A stretch of DNA of 64,000 bases from positions 1,024,001 through 1,088,000 of the forward strand of contig CAVTNB010000001.1 of NCBI GenBank assembly GCA_963736005.1, written 5' to 3'. Under the pieces are notes generated by a model that made no database searches, had not been told where the DNA came from, and saw only the letters and a program-made list of their open reading frames with translations. A program made the translations under genes and the position numbers. This document shows, one piece after another, positions 1 through 9,990 of the stretch; the stretch's first letter is position 1; each line of letters opens with the position of its first letter. Origin of the DNA: an uncultured Pseudomonadota bacterium (lineage in GTDB: Bacteria > Vulcanimicrobiota > Vulcanimicrobiia > Eremiobacterales > Eremiobacteraceae).

Positions 1-1599
1 GTGGACACGGCAGAGCCGTCTCTGTTCTCACATGAGATAGTGAATGCGAATCCATTTGCGTTTCTTGACGACGCGCCGCTTGAAGAACGACGCGCTCGGG
101 CGGTGCAACTGCGTTCGACGCTGCGAGCGGATGTGTCGCACGGCGTTGGCGTACTCGACCCCGAGGCCATCGCTTGGGTCGCCGCAGAGTCGTGGCCCGT
201 CGTGCGTGACGCCGACGAACTTCATGACGCCCTTGTCACATTGGTAGCGCTTCCACCCATCCCCCAGTGGCAAGCATTCTTTGAGGAGCTCGTCGCCGCG
301 CGCCGCGCCACCACGGCCGTTGGAGTAGGCGATGGGAAAATCGCCCTGTGGGTGGCAGCCGAAAAGCTTGATGTCGTGCGCCAGATCCACCCAAACGCAG
401 AGCTGCGTCCGACGATCGCTGCGGTTCCTCCGCAAGTGCTCGGGTTGGATCCCGGGGCCGCTGTGACTGAGGTAGTGCGAGGCTGGCTCGAATCAAGCGG
501 TCCGCTCACGTCGCAGAGCCTTGCGGAGCTTTTTGGGGTGACGCACGATTCTATCATGTCGGCTCTGCTACAACTGGAAAACGAAGGTCAAGTCCTGCGA
601 GGCCATTTTACATCCAAGAACGCAGGCGAGCTCGAATGGTGCAACCGTCGTGTCCTCGCCCGCATCCACCGCCTCACGCTCGGGCGGCTGCGCCGCGAAA
701 TCGAACCGGTCTCGACCGCACACTATCTGGAATTCTTGGAGCGTTGGCAACATAGTGCTCAAGGCACGCAACTGCACGGGGTCGCAGGCACACTTGAGAT
801 CATCAAGCAACTGCAGGGTTATGAATTTCCAGCGGAAGCTTGGGAGCGAGAAGTCTTGCCCAAGCGAATCGTGCGCTATCGTGCGGAATTTTTAGACAAA
901 CTCTGCGCGTCGGGCGAGGTCATGTGGGGTCGGTTATCTCCGCATCCTGCGTTTGAAGAAAGCGACGTCGTGCGAACTCGACGCGTCCGTCCGACGCGAA
1001 TCGCGCCTGTTTCGCTTTTTGTGCGCGAGAGCGCCGAATGGCTCGTCAGAAAACGACACGAGCCGACAGAGACTCTCAGTGGCGCCGCCCGCGACGTGTT
1101 TCGTGCGCTTGGAACCAACGGCGCGTCGTTTTTCCTCGAACTCGTTCAGTCGACTCAACGGCTGCCAAGCGAAGTTGAAGATGGCTTATGGGAATTGGTC
1201 GCCGCCGGACTCGTGACAGCCGATGGCTTCGATAACTTGCGCGCACTCATCGATCCCAAACGTCGTTTGGCCCTTGGGCGCAAAAACAGGTCGCGCCCGC
1301 GTCATGCCTCTGGGCGCTGGGCTCTGCTGGCGTCGAAATCACACGCTCCCAATCTTGAGGCGTTCGCGCGTCAGCTCTTATCGCGCCTTGGTGTGGTCTT
1401 TCGCGATGTTGCGAAGCGAGAAAGTGCTGCACCGCCATGGCGCGATCTCCTGATCGTCTTCCGTCGCATGGAGGCTCAGGGTGAGCTGCGCGGAGGGCGC
1501 TTTATTGCAAGCGTGGTCGGCGAGCAGTTTGCTCTTGCAGATGCAATAGACTTGCTTCGCAAGGTGAGAAGGTTGGGGGAAGCGCCTTTGGCGTCGTAA
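1..1599 (+). CDS. lhr: Lhr-family ATP-dependent helicase, C-terminal portion (5' truncated by window edge)
   Basis: Motifs FLDDAPLEERRARAV, WCNRRVLARIHRLTL..LRREIEPVS and RGGRFIASVVGEQFAL are typical of the long Lhr C-terminal region. Confidence 0.85.
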   Translation: MDTAEPSLFSHEIVNANPFAFLDDAPLEERRARAVQLRSTLRADVSHGVGVLDPEAIAWVAAESWPVVRDADELHDALVTLVALPPIPQWQAFFEELVAARRATTAVGVGDGKIALWVAAEKLDVVRQIHPNAELRPTIAAVPPQVLGLDPGAAVTEVVRGWLESSGPLTSQSLAELFGVTHDSIMSALLQLENEGQVLRGHFTSKNAGELEWCNRRVLARIHRLTLGRLRREIEPVSTAHYLEFLERWQHSAQGTQLHGVAGTLEIIKQLQGYEFPAEAWEREVLPKRIVRYRAEFLDKLCASGEVMWGRLSPHPAFEESDVVRTRRVRPTRIAPVSLFVRESAEWLVRKRHEPTETLSGAARDVFRALGTNGASFFLELVQSTQRLPSEVEDGLWELVAAGLVTADGFDNLRALIDPKRRLALGRKNRSRPRHASGRWALLASKSHAPNLEAFARQLLSRLGVVFRDVAKRESAAPPWRDLLIVFRRMEAQGELRGGRFIASVVGEQFALADAIDLLRKVRRLGEAPLAS

Positions 1600-1643
1600 C
1601 TCACGGGAAACGACCTTCCCTTGTTTGAAAGCGCCAACTTGGT

Positions 1644-2060
1644 ATGACCGCCATCTATGCTTTGGCACTGTTGCTCGGGTTTGTGGCTGGTTTGCGATCT
1701 TTCACGGCCCCAGCTGCGGTGTTCTTGCAGCGCGGTGGCGTTGCGGGCTACCTTTTCGGCGTTGGCGCGATTCTCGAAATGATCATGGACGCCATGCCGC
1801 GGACTGCAGCCCGTACGAGCGTCCAGGGGCTCACCGCTCGGATCGTGAGCGGAATTGTTGTCGGTTGGTTTTTTTGCAGCTTTCACGGCGCGAATGCATT
1901 ACTCGGTGCGCTGCTCTCTGTCGTCGGCGCGCTCGCAGGGACGTTCTTGGGATTGCGCGCTCGTCTGGCTGCGATTGCCAGGCTCGGCGCGCGGTCTGCG
2001 GCGCTCCTCGAGGATTTTATGGCAATTGGGCTAGCTATCTTTGCGGTAGCCCGCGGGTAA
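1644..2060 (+). CDS. DUF4126-like small membrane protein
   Basis: GFVAGLRSFTAPA N-terminus, EMIMDAMPRTAART and AALLEDFMAIG; several hydrophobic helices. Confidence 0.65.
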   Translation: MTAIYALALLLGFVAGLRSFTAPAAVFLQRGGVAGYLFGVGAILEMIMDAMPRTAARTSVQGLTARIVSGIVVGWFFCSFHGANALLGALLSVVGALAGTFLGLRARLAAIARLGARSAALLEDFMAIGLAIFAVARG

Positions 2061-2084
2061 CTTCGGTACATAGGAGGCAAGACG

Positions 2085-2981
2085 GTGCGTATTGGCGTCG
2101 ACCTTGGGGGCACGAAGATTGAAGTCATTGCCCTGGCCGACGACGGCGCAACGTTGATGCGGGAACGTGTGCCGACACCCACCGGCCAGTATGGTGAAGT
2201 ACTCGACACCATAAAATCGCTCGTTGATCTCGTCGAGCACAAAAAGGGCAAGGGCACGGTGGGCATCGGCCTGCCCGGCGCCCTCTCCGCCAAGACTGGG
2301 CGCATCAAGAACTCGAATAGCGCCTATCTCATTGGTACGGATTTTGTTGCCGACATCCGGAAAAAACTCGGGCGGGAAGTCAGAATTGGAAACGACGCAA
2401 ATTGTTTCGCGCTGTCCGAGGCGACAGACGGCGCCGGTGCTCGTGCCCACGTCGTTTTCGGAGTGATCCTCGGTACCGGGGTGGGGGCTGGCATTGTCAT
2501 CGATGGGAACATCATCGAAGGTGCCAACGCCGTCGCCGGCGAGTGGGGGCATAACCCGCTTCCCTGGTCCAGCGACGAAGAATCCGGTCGCGTGCGATGT
2601 TATTGCGGCAAGACCGGCTGCATCGAAGCATTTCTCTCGGGAGCTGGCTTGCAGCGAGCCTACAAGAATCGCTCCGGACGATACGTTGACACCTATGAGA
2701 TAGCCCGGGCTGCGGCTTCGCGAGATGAGCACGCCATGTTGTGTCTCGCCGAATACGAGGATCGCCTCGCTCGATCGCTTGCTACCGTGGTCAACCTCCT
2801 CGACCCGGATGCGATCGTCCTTGGCGGCGGCCTTTCGAAAATCGAGCGGAACTACCGCGCTCTGCACGAGGCCGTCGCGCGATATGCTCTCACTGATAGG
2901 CTTGACACAAGCATTGTGCCAGCGGTTCACGGCGATTCGAGCGGTGTTCGCGGTGCCGCAATGTTGTGGGCGCGAAAGTAA
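2085..2981 (+). CDS. mak: ROK-family sugar kinase (fructokinase/Mak-like)
   Basis: MRIGVDLGGTKIE, NDANCFALSEATDGAG, GEWGHNPLP, CYCGKTGCIE zinc motif, HGDSSGVRGAA; GGAGG RBS upstream. Confidence 0.88.
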   Translation: MRIGVDLGGTKIEVIALADDGATLMRERVPTPTGQYGEVLDTIKSLVDLVEHKKGKGTVGIGLPGALSAKTGRIKNSNSAYLIGTDFVADIRKKLGREVRIGNDANCFALSEATDGAGARAHVVFGVILGTGVGAGIVIDGNIIEGANAVAGEWGHNPLPWSSDEESGRVRCYCGKTGCIEAFLSGAGLQRAYKNRSGRYVDTYEIARAAASRDEHAMLCLAEYEDRLARSLATVVNLLDPDAIVLGGGLSKIERNYRALHEAVARYALTDRLDTSIVPAVHGDSSGVRGAAMLWARK

Positions 2982-2991
2982 CGTTAGAGAC

Positions 2992-3138
2992 GTGGACCAC
3001 CTCCCGCTCGCGATCGGTTTGCTGTACGTCATAGGACTTCGTTTACCCGCGTATCCACTTTGGATTGCCTGGGCGATCAATCTGCTCCCCTGCGCATTCC
3101 TTATCTCTATGGTGTGTTGTTTCAGGATCCAGTTCTAA
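2992..3138 (+). CDS. possible 48-aa hydrophobic small protein
   Basis: GTG 10 nt after the ROK stop; strongly hydrophobic (DHLPLAIGLLYVIGLRLPAYPLWIAWAINLLPCAFLISMVCCF); fills the gap between convergent genes. Confidence 0.3.
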   Translation: MDHLPLAIGLLYVIGLRLPAYPLWIAWAINLLPCAFLISMVCCFRIQF

Positions 3139-4333
3139 CCGCTCGCGCAAGTTGGAGCGACATCGGGAACAGCTGCGGGATAATATAGTACGGATCGAGT
3201 GCTGCGAATGAATTCGTCAAAATGATGATATCGATGCCGTCGTTGGGGAAAGTTGCATTCATCGTCGCGAAACCCCCAATGAGACCGTCGTGCCAAATAT
3301 ACAGATGGCCATCGAGCTGACTTATGAACCAGCCGTCTGCATACGCACCGTAGGGCAAGACGATCGGACTGGGCGTGAACATTTGCGCCAGCGAGGCCTG
3401 CGTGAAGATGCCAGGTTGGCGCACTGCCTCATCCCATTTTTCGATGTCGCTGACGGTCGAGGTCAGACCCCCAGGGCCGGCCAGCCACTGGAGGTTCCAC
3501 TGCCAAGAACGGTACACGGCGCCGTTATCGACTTCATACCCCAAGGCCAGATCGGTGACCGGCGCTGAAGGATCACCCTGCTGCGTGTGGGTCATGCCAA
3601 GCGGCCCGAAGATGCGCTGTTGCAAGAAGGCGCCCAACGGTTCGCCGCTTACCTGCGCAACGATTTGCCCAAGCAAGAGGTAGTTGGAGTTGCTATACAT
3701 GTACTCGCTGCCCGGCGAAAAGGCTAAGGGAAATGTCCCCAGCAGATTGACAATCGGCTGGTAGTTTGTTTGGCCGCTGGCCATGAACGCGGTATAGGCG
3801 CTGCTAAAGTCCGGATAGACGCCGAAGTTGTTATAGTCGACAAGGCCGCTGCGGTGCTGCAGTAAGTAGAGCAGCGTGATCTCATTTCCATTTGGGAAAC
3901 CTGGAAAGTACTTTGACAAGGGATCGTTGACCGAAAGCTTACCATCTTGTTGCAACAAGAGGATTGCCCCCGCGGTGAATTCCTTGCTGACCGACGCGAG
4001 GTCAAAGTCCGTGCTCTCGTCGGGCACAAACTTGCCGCGGGGTAAATTCAAGATCTTATCGGGTTGTAGGATGGTCCAGAAGTTTGGGCCGAAGAAAGAT
4101 TCTGGTTTGCCGCGATCGCGCAGGCCGTATCCCTTACCGTACACGAGGGTCCCGTTCTTGTAGATCGCAAGCTCGACTCCAATTGCACCGGGGTAATTTT
4201 GAGCAACGATGCCATCGATCGTCGAGGGCGCAGGGGCTGGACTTTGATGCGACACTCCGGGAAGCACAGCGCCTCCGCTGCCCTGGCACGCCCACAGTGC
4301 GAGGCACAGTGCACCCAGCGCCGCTGCTTTCAA
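3122..4333 (-). CDS. serine hydrolase, beta-lactamase/AmpC-like family, probable lipoprotein
   Basis: SVSK (SxxK), YSNSNY and HDG motifs; LWAC lipobox. Confidence 0.85.
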   Translation of the reverse strand: MKAAALGALCLALWACQGSGGAVLPGVSHQSPAPAPSTIDGIVAQNYPGAIGVELAIYKNGTLVYGKGYGLRDRGKPESFFGPNFWTILQPDKILNLPRGKFVPDESTDFDLASVSKEFTAGAILLLQQDGKLSVNDPLSKYFPGFPNGNEITLLYLLQHRSGLVDYNNFGVYPDFSSAYTAFMASGQTNYQPIVNLLGTFPLAFSPGSEYMYSNSNYLLLGQIVAQVSGEPLGAFLQQRIFGPLGMTHTQQGDPSAPVTDLALGYEVDNGAVYRSWQWNLQWLAGPGGLTSTVSDIEKWDEAVRQPGIFTQASLAQMFTPSPIVLPYGAYADGWFISQLDGHLYIWHDGLIGGFATMNATFPNDGIDIIILTNSFAALDPYYIIPQLFPMSLQLARAVRTGS

Positions 4334-5931
4334 GGTGTAACCTTTCCGACGTAGCTTCGAGCGCGGTGACCATTAGGTAAACCAAAGGCGGCGCAGCCCG
4401 CGCCGATGAGCGCCAGCAACGCTGCGAGTACCATTGCCAATCGAAAGCCACTGACGTATGACGCTGCTATTGCGTGGTCGATCTGCTGCTGGACTTCCTT
4501 TGACGCAGTTTGCGGCGCCTGTGCAGCCGCGAGCTTCGGTCGCTGGGCATCGACTGCGGCGGCAATCTGCGGCGACGGCGCTATGCTCGCTAATTGTTGG
4601 CTTAGGCGTTCATTAAACGTGCCTGCCACCACAAGACTCAGCGTAGCCACAGCTAGGAGCGATGCGGTTCTCGAGACCGCATTGTTAATACCCGAGGCAA
4701 CGCCGAAGTGGTCTTTATCGACTGAATCCATGACGGCCGTCGTCAAGGGCGCGACCACGAGTGCCATGCCCAATCCAAGCACGACCGTTGGCGCAAAAAA
4801 AGTCGTCCAATACGTACCACCAATTGAAGGCAAGGCGAATCCGGCGAGCGCGAGCGCGGTCATGGTCGATCCCACGACTAAAGGGATCTTGGCACCGATC
4901 GACGTGCAAAGACTTCCCGCCCAGGGCGAGAGCAGCGTGAGGAGCACGACGAACGGTAGAAATGCTGCGCCGGCGGCCGTTGGGCTATAGTGTTGGATGA
5001 GTATCAAATCGAACGGAAGCAGGAACAGCGCACCACCGAGCGCGGCATACAGCATGAGCGTCTGCAGATTGATAACGCTAAAGGTGCGCGAGCTGAACAA
5101 CGAGGGTGGCATCATCGGCGCGGGTACCTTTGCTTCTACGATCGCGAACCCGACGAGCAAAATCACTCCCCCCAGCAGCCACGCCGTAATCGTCGGGCTC
5201 CATCCGACCCCGCCAGCCGAGATGAGCGCATAGACGACGGCGCCGAGACCAAGGGTTGCAAGCAAGGCACCGGGCCAGTCAACGCCGCGAACTTGGTGAT
5301 CGTCTCGGCTTTCTGGCACCCAGCGGACGGTTGCCACGATGGCGCCGATAGCCAAGGGAACGTTAATGAGAAAAATCCAGCGCCACGAGGCGTGCTGTAC
5401 GATCACTCCGCCGACCAGCGGACCAATGACTGCCGTCAGCGCGCTAAAGCTAGACCAGGTTCCGATTGCCTTCCCGCGCTGGCGTTCGTCGAACGACGCC
5501 CCAAGGATCGAGAGACTGCCTGGGGTGAGCAGCGCGCTTGCCATACCTTGAACAGCGCGCGCGACGATGAGCTGCGTGGCAGTCTGCACCGAAGCGCACA
5601 GCGCCGAGGCAGCAGCAAAGCCGATTACGCCCCAGAGAAAAACGCGCTTGCGCCCGAGGCGATCACCAAGCGAGCCTCCGACCAACATCAAAGATGCTAA
5701 GAAAAGTGCGTAGGCTTCTATGATCCACTGCGCGTCAACATTCGTCGCGTGAAGCTCGGTCTGTAATACCGGGAGCGCCAGATTGACGGCGCTGCCATCG
5801 ATGAAAACCATACTGGAAGCCAGGATAGTCGCGCTGAGTATCCAGGGATAGGCATTGGGCGAGCACGTGGCCCCCGCGGGAAAGCTCTTGATAAGAGCAA
5901 CATCGTGCGGTTGTTTGAGGCCGACAGGCAT
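4330..5931 (-). CDS. MFS transporter, DHA2 (EmrB/QacA) family
   Basis: ILASSMVFIDGSAVNLALP, GSLGDRLGRKR (motif A), SWRWIFLINVP; ATG 5931 preferred because the 5948-5972 REP lies in the longer ORF's 5' extension. Confidence 0.9.
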   Translation of the reverse strand: MPVGLKQPHDVALIKSFPAGATCSPNAYPWILSATILASSMVFIDGSAVNLALPVLQTELHATNVDAQWIIEAYALFLASLMLVGGSLGDRLGRKRVFLWGVIGFAAASALCASVQTATQLIVARAVQGMASALLTPGSLSILGASFDERQRGKAIGTWSSFSALTAVIGPLVGGVIVQHASWRWIFLINVPLAIGAIVATVRWVPESRDDHQVRGVDWPGALLATLGLGAVVYALISAGGVGWSPTITAWLLGGVILLVGFAIVEAKVPAPMMPPSLFSSRTFSVINLQTLMLYAALGGALFLLPFDLILIQHYSPTAAGAAFLPFVVLLTLLSPWAGSLCTSIGAKIPLVVGSTMTALALAGFALPSIGGTYWTTFFAPTVVLGLGMALVVAPLTTAVMDSVDKDHFGVASGINNAVSRTASLLAVATLSLVVAGTFNERLSQQLASIAPSPQIAAAVDAQRPKLAAAQAPQTASKEVQQQIDHAIAASYVSGFRLAMVLAALLALIGAGCAAFGLPNGHRARSYVGKVTP

Positions 5932-5947
5932 GCGCGGTCGTTCCAGG

Positions 5948-5972
5948 AGCGGACCTGAAGGTCCGCTGCTTC
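5948..5972. repeat. REP-like palindrome class C (AGCGGACCTGAAGGTCCGCTGCTTC)
   Basis: Hairpin related to the copies at 18405, 37137 and 54862. Confidence 0.75.
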
Positions 5973-6015
5973 CGACCAGGATGAATTCAGGCTTGTGAGA
6001 GCGCATTGCTCTGCT

Positions 6016-9000
6016 ATGCGTACGTCATCTTTCGTGGCACGCTTCGCGCTCGCCACCATTTTTATCGTAGCGTTCTGTGGCGCAGCAACGCCGGGCACCA
6101 AACCTCATCCGGCGGCTAGTCCAACCCCGAATCCCGTGTACGGGCGCCTGCGGTGGCGCGAGGTTGGACCTGCAGCTGGCGGCGGTCGTGTGAGCTCGGT
6201 CGCAGGCATCGCCAGCGATCCGTTTCTTTATTACCTCGGCGCTGCGGGCGGCGGCGTTTGGAAGAGCGACGACGGCGGAGCCAGCTGGAACCCCGTTTTC
6301 GACAAGCAAGACACGCAAGCAATCGGCGCCGTCGCCATCGATCCCCAAAACGAGAAAGTCGTGTGGGTCGGCACCGGCGAGGCCAATCCTCGCAACGATG
6401 TCATGTACGGCGATGGCCTTTACAAGTCAACGGATGGCGGCGATACCTGGCAAAAAGTTGGCCTGCAGAATACACGGTATATTTCGCGCATTGCGATCAA
6501 TCCAAAGAACCCAAACATTGTGGTGGTCGCCGCCTTTGGTGACTTCTTTGCCGATAGCCAGTACGGCGGCATCTACCGAACCGATGATGGTGGCAAAACG
6601 TGGAAGCAGACGCTGTACGTCGGTCCGCAAACCGGCGGCTCCGATCTCGCCATGGACCCGAACAACCCAAACATCGTCTTTGCCGGGTTGTGGCAGTTTC
6701 GGCGCGTGCCCTGGAGTTTTGCCAGCGGCGGACCGGACGATGGGCTGTATCGTTCGAGCGACGGGGGAAAGACGTGGGCGAAACTGACGGGTCACGGCTT
6801 GCCGGATGGCTTGATGGGTCGCATTGGTCTTGCGATCGCGCCCAGCAACTCGAAGCGCGTGTATGCCTTGATCCAATCGAAGTCAGGCATCTTGTGGCGC
6901 TCGGATGATGGCGGCACGACGTGGCATCTGATGACGGGTGACACCCTTGTCGATCAGCGGCCGTTTTATTTCACACACATTGCCGTCGACTCGTCGAATC
7001 CGGATCGTGTCTGGGCTGTATCAGAGCTGCTTTCGCAGAGCAAGAACGGCGGTAAGACGTTCGCGAAGGTTGCAGAAGACAGCGTGCACGTGGACTATCA
7101 CGCCATTTGGATCGCACCCAATAATCCAAAACGCATCATGGTCGGCGAAGACGGTGGCTACGCGCTCAGCGTCAATGGGGGCGACACCTGGTCGTTTTCT
7201 CGTAATCTTGCGATCGGAGAAGTTTACCACGTCGGGTTCGACGACCGCAATCCGTATCACGTGTGCGCGCCGTTGCAAGACAACAACGCGTACTGTGGGC
7301 CTTCCAATAGTCTGGACGGGAACGGCATTCTCAACTCGATGTGGGACCGGGTTGTCGGGGGCGACGGCATGTGGGCTGTTCCCGACCCATCAGACTGGCA
7401 GCGCGTCTGGACAGACCTGCAAACTGGCAACATTGGGATTTGGGACGAGCGCACGCGCTACACGCTCTACGTGAATCCTTATTTCGAGTCGAGCGCGGCG
7501 GACTTCGCCATCGATGCGCAGCCGTATCGCTTCAACTGGGATTCGCCCATTGGCATTGCCCCGTGGGACGCTCACACCGTGTGGGTTGGGGGCAATGTCA
7601 TTTTCCAGACCAAAGACGATGGCATGCATTGGAGTGCGATCAGCCCCGATCTGACCCGCAATGTCAAGTCGCACCAGCAGCCGGCCGGCGGTCCGATCAG
7701 CCTCGACGTGTCGAGTGCGGAGTATTCCGATACGCTGCTCGACATCGAAGGTTCGACGTTCGCAACCGGCGAGATATGGGTTGGCACAGACGATGGCCTC
7801 GTGCAACTCACGCGCGACGGCGGACAGCATTGGACCAATGTGACCCCCGCAGGGACGCCCGAATTTGCCCGCGTGGAAACCGTTGCTCCGTCGGCCATCA
7901 ATGACGGCACGGCGTATGCGATCTTCGACGACCACCGCGATGGCAACTATAAGCCATACGTTTACGCAACGACTGACTTCGGGAAGACTTGGAACAAAAT
8001 CGTCAATGGACTCCCGCCCAACGACTACGTGCGCACGGTGCGCCCTGACACTCACAATGCACACCTGTTGTATGCGGGAACCGAGCATGGCATCTGGGTA
8101 TCGTACGACGCCGGCGCCTCGTGGCAAAGCCTCGAGCTCAATCTCCCGGCGACGTCGGTGCGCGACATTCGGATCCAGCCCACGTGGGATGACTTGCTGA
8201 TCGCCACGCACGGTCGCGCACTGTACATTCTCGATAACGTGACGGCGCTCCAGGGATTGGAACAAGCCAAGGCGCAGGGCGCGGAACTTTTCCCCATTCG
8301 AACGGCGTATGAATATCGTTTCCATAGCAACTTGGAGGAGCTCTACACGGAGTATGCAGCGCCGAATCCGCCCAATGGCGCGATCGTCGACTTTTACCAA
8401 GCGAAGCCACAGACGGCCACACCGCAGGTCGACATCCTCGACGCATCGGGCACCGTCATCCGCACGATCTCTGGCACGCACAAAGTGAATGGGCATGACG
8501 TACCGTATGTGAGCAACAATCCAAGTTTAAATCGTGTCGTGTGGGACTTTCACGAAAACGGCCCCGTTCTTTGGATGGGAGCGCCAAACGAGGATGCTCG
8601 AGGGCCGCTGGTTGGTGCGCTCGGGCCGCCTGGCCTGTACACCGTGCGCATCAGCCTTAATGGGAAAGCCCAGACTCAAACGGCAACGGTCAAGCCAGAT
8701 CCGCGATTCGCCTGGACGCAGGCCGACTATCAAGCGGCTTACGATTTCCAACATTCTCATTTTGCCGAGTACTCGAACGTCGATGCAGCGTTGAACGCGC
8801 TTGATGCCGTAAAAAAAGGGCTGGACGCCGCGCGCTTGGCGTTGCAAAAGAGCGGGAAGGCCGCGCCAGTCACGCAGTTGGACAGCGTGGCGTCGGCCAG
8901 GGAGACGCTCTTTAGCAAATTGACAGCCAATTTCCACAACGACGAGGATTCGATCACTCGGCCGGGGGCGCTGCGCGAAGATCTTGAGGGATTTTTGGAC

Positions 9001-9180
9001 TTCCGTGGTGGGGATCCGCCCACGCCGGCGCTGTTGCACATTGCGGCCACCATCGACGAGCACTACCGCAACGTCATGGCCGAGTATAACGACTTTGCGA
9101 AATCGGTGAGTGCGCTCAATGCGGCGCTTCGGTCTGCAGGAGTAAAGGAAATATCGGTTCCACCAACCATCACGCCCTAG
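6016..9180 (+). CDS. secreted BNR/Asp-box (VPS10/sortilin-like) beta-propeller protein, putative glycosyl hydrolase
   Basis: Signal peptide; WREVGPAAGGGRV; many S/TxDGGxTW Asp-boxes; RFNWDSP; DLLIATHGR. Confidence 0.85.
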   Translation: MRTSSFVARFALATIFIVAFCGAATPGTKPHPAASPTPNPVYGRLRWREVGPAAGGGRVSSVAGIASDPFLYYLGAAGGGVWKSDDGGASWNPVFDKQDTQAIGAVAIDPQNEKVVWVGTGEANPRNDVMYGDGLYKSTDGGDTWQKVGLQNTRYISRIAINPKNPNIVVVAAFGDFFADSQYGGIYRTDDGGKTWKQTLYVGPQTGGSDLAMDPNNPNIVFAGLWQFRRVPWSFASGGPDDGLYRSSDGGKTWAKLTGHGLPDGLMGRIGLAIAPSNSKRVYALIQSKSGILWRSDDGGTTWHLMTGDTLVDQRPFYFTHIAVDSSNPDRVWAVSELLSQSKNGGKTFAKVAEDSVHVDYHAIWIAPNNPKRIMVGEDGGYALSVNGGDTWSFSRNLAIGEVYHVGFDDRNPYHVCAPLQDNNAYCGPSNSLDGNGILNSMWDRVVGGDGMWAVPDPSDWQRVWTDLQTGNIGIWDERTRYTLYVNPYFESSAADFAIDAQPYRFNWDSPIGIAPWDAHTVWVGGNVIFQTKDDGMHWSAISPDLTRNVKSHQQPAGGPISLDVSSAEYSDTLLDIEGSTFATGEIWVGTDDGLVQLTRDGGQHWTNVTPAGTPEFARVETVAPSAINDGTAYAIFDDHRDGNYKPYVYATTDFGKTWNKIVNGLPPNDYVRTVRPDTHNAHLLYAGTEHGIWVSYDAGASWQSLELNLPATSVRDIRIQPTWDDLLIATHGRALYILDNVTALQGLEQAKAQGAELFPIRTAYEYRFHSNLEELYTEYAAPNPPNGAIVDFYQAKPQTATPQVDILDASGTVIRTISGTHKVNGHDVPYVSNNPSLNRVVWDFHENGPVLWMGAPNEDARGPLVGALGPPGLYTVRISLNGKAQTQTATVKPDPRFAWTQADYQAAYDFQHSHFAEYSNVDAALNALDAVKKGLDAARLALQKSGKAAPVTQLDSVASARETLFSKLTANFHNDEDSITRPGALREDLEGFLDFRGGDPPTPALLHIAATIDEHYRNVMAEYNDFAKSVSALNAALRSAGVKEISVPPTITP

Positions 9181-9184
9181 GTTA

Positions 9185-9204
9185 GGGCGACTTTACCGTT
9201 GCCC
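9185..9204. repeat. REP-like palindrome class D (GGGCGACTTTACCGTTGCCC)
   Basis: Related to the copies at 58447 and 61381. Confidence 0.6.
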
Positions 9205-9216
9205 ACTCCGTACACG

Positions 9217-9873
9217 ATGAACAATCAAATTCGGATTTCCAAGGGCCGGTTTGAGGCATTCAGCGATGGGGTGTTCGCCATTGCGATCACCTTGCTCGTC
9301 CTCGAACTGCCGATTCCAAAGCTCGTTGTCGTCAACGAGGCGACCATGAGTCACGCGCTGTTGGCGCTGTGGCCCCAGTTCCTCGTGTATGTCGCCAGCT
9401 TCGCGACGATCGGCATCATGTGGTTCAACCACTATGCACTCTTCCATTATGCGAAGGATATTTCGTACGCGAGCTTGATCGCAAATCTCGGATTGCTGCT
9501 GTGCATCGCGTTTCTTCCGTATCCGACGTGGTTGTTGGGACAATACGCCCTCGTGCCGGCCGCCGTTTCTTTCTACGGCTCAACGCTTCTTGCAATCTCT
9601 GTCTTGTATGGCATCTTGTGGTACGTCTCGTGCTTGCCGGCCGGAGCGCAAAGCAGCATCGTGGGCTTCCTTCGAACGCGCACCGCGTGGAACACTCTGG
9701 GTCTAGTGGCGTATGCGCTTGGGACTGCTTTTGCTTTTGTCAGTCCGCTGGCGAGCATCGTCCTCTTCGCCGCGATTGCTCTCTTCTATATCTCGCCGGG
9801 GAACGTTCGATGGGCTCTGGCCACGAGTGCCGCGGCTCATGCCGAGACGGCTTCCAAGACCTTGGATCGATAG
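9217..9873 (+). CDS. TMEM175-family (DUF1211) potassium channel
   Basis: RFEAFSDGVFAIAITLLVLEL signature, WFNH, ~6 TM helices. Confidence 0.88.
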   Translation: MNNQIRISKGRFEAFSDGVFAIAITLLVLELPIPKLVVVNEATMSHALLALWPQFLVYVASFATIGIMWFNHYALFHYAKDISYASLIANLGLLLCIAFLPYPTWLLGQYALVPAAVSFYGSTLLAISVLYGILWYVSCLPAGAQSSIVGFLRTRTAWNTLGLVAYALGTAFAFVSPLASIVLFAAIALFYISPGNVRWALATSAAAHAETASKTLDR

Positions 9874-9990
9874 CGATCAAGCCCAGAAAAGGAAAGAGCG
9901 CGAAACTTCCATCCTGGTCCGCGCTCCCCATATTACCAATCGACGAATGAGCCTGCGGCTAGACCGGTTTTGCTCGAAAGGTGAGCGATC

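Noticed and set aside
3122..4333. Antibiotic-resistance beta-lactamase (also 34517..35953)
   Set aside because: SxxK/YxN/HxG motifs are shared by many peptidases and esterases of this fold; HxG rather than KTG argues against AmpC
5931..6016. Overlapping 5' extensions of the MFS and BNR ORFs; likewise the extensions of coxM, coxG, coxD, korA and the aldehyde dehydrogenase
   Set aside because: The extensions run through REPs or upstream genes; downstream starts fit RBS positions and domain boundaries better
2031..9063. Long antisense ORFs (2031..3080, 7390..8496, 8527..9063) and similar ones elsewhere (13325..14182, 28434..29453, 56646..57554)
   Set aside because: They overlap well-supported genes, have no recognisable motifs and are expected shadow frames in GC-rich DNA
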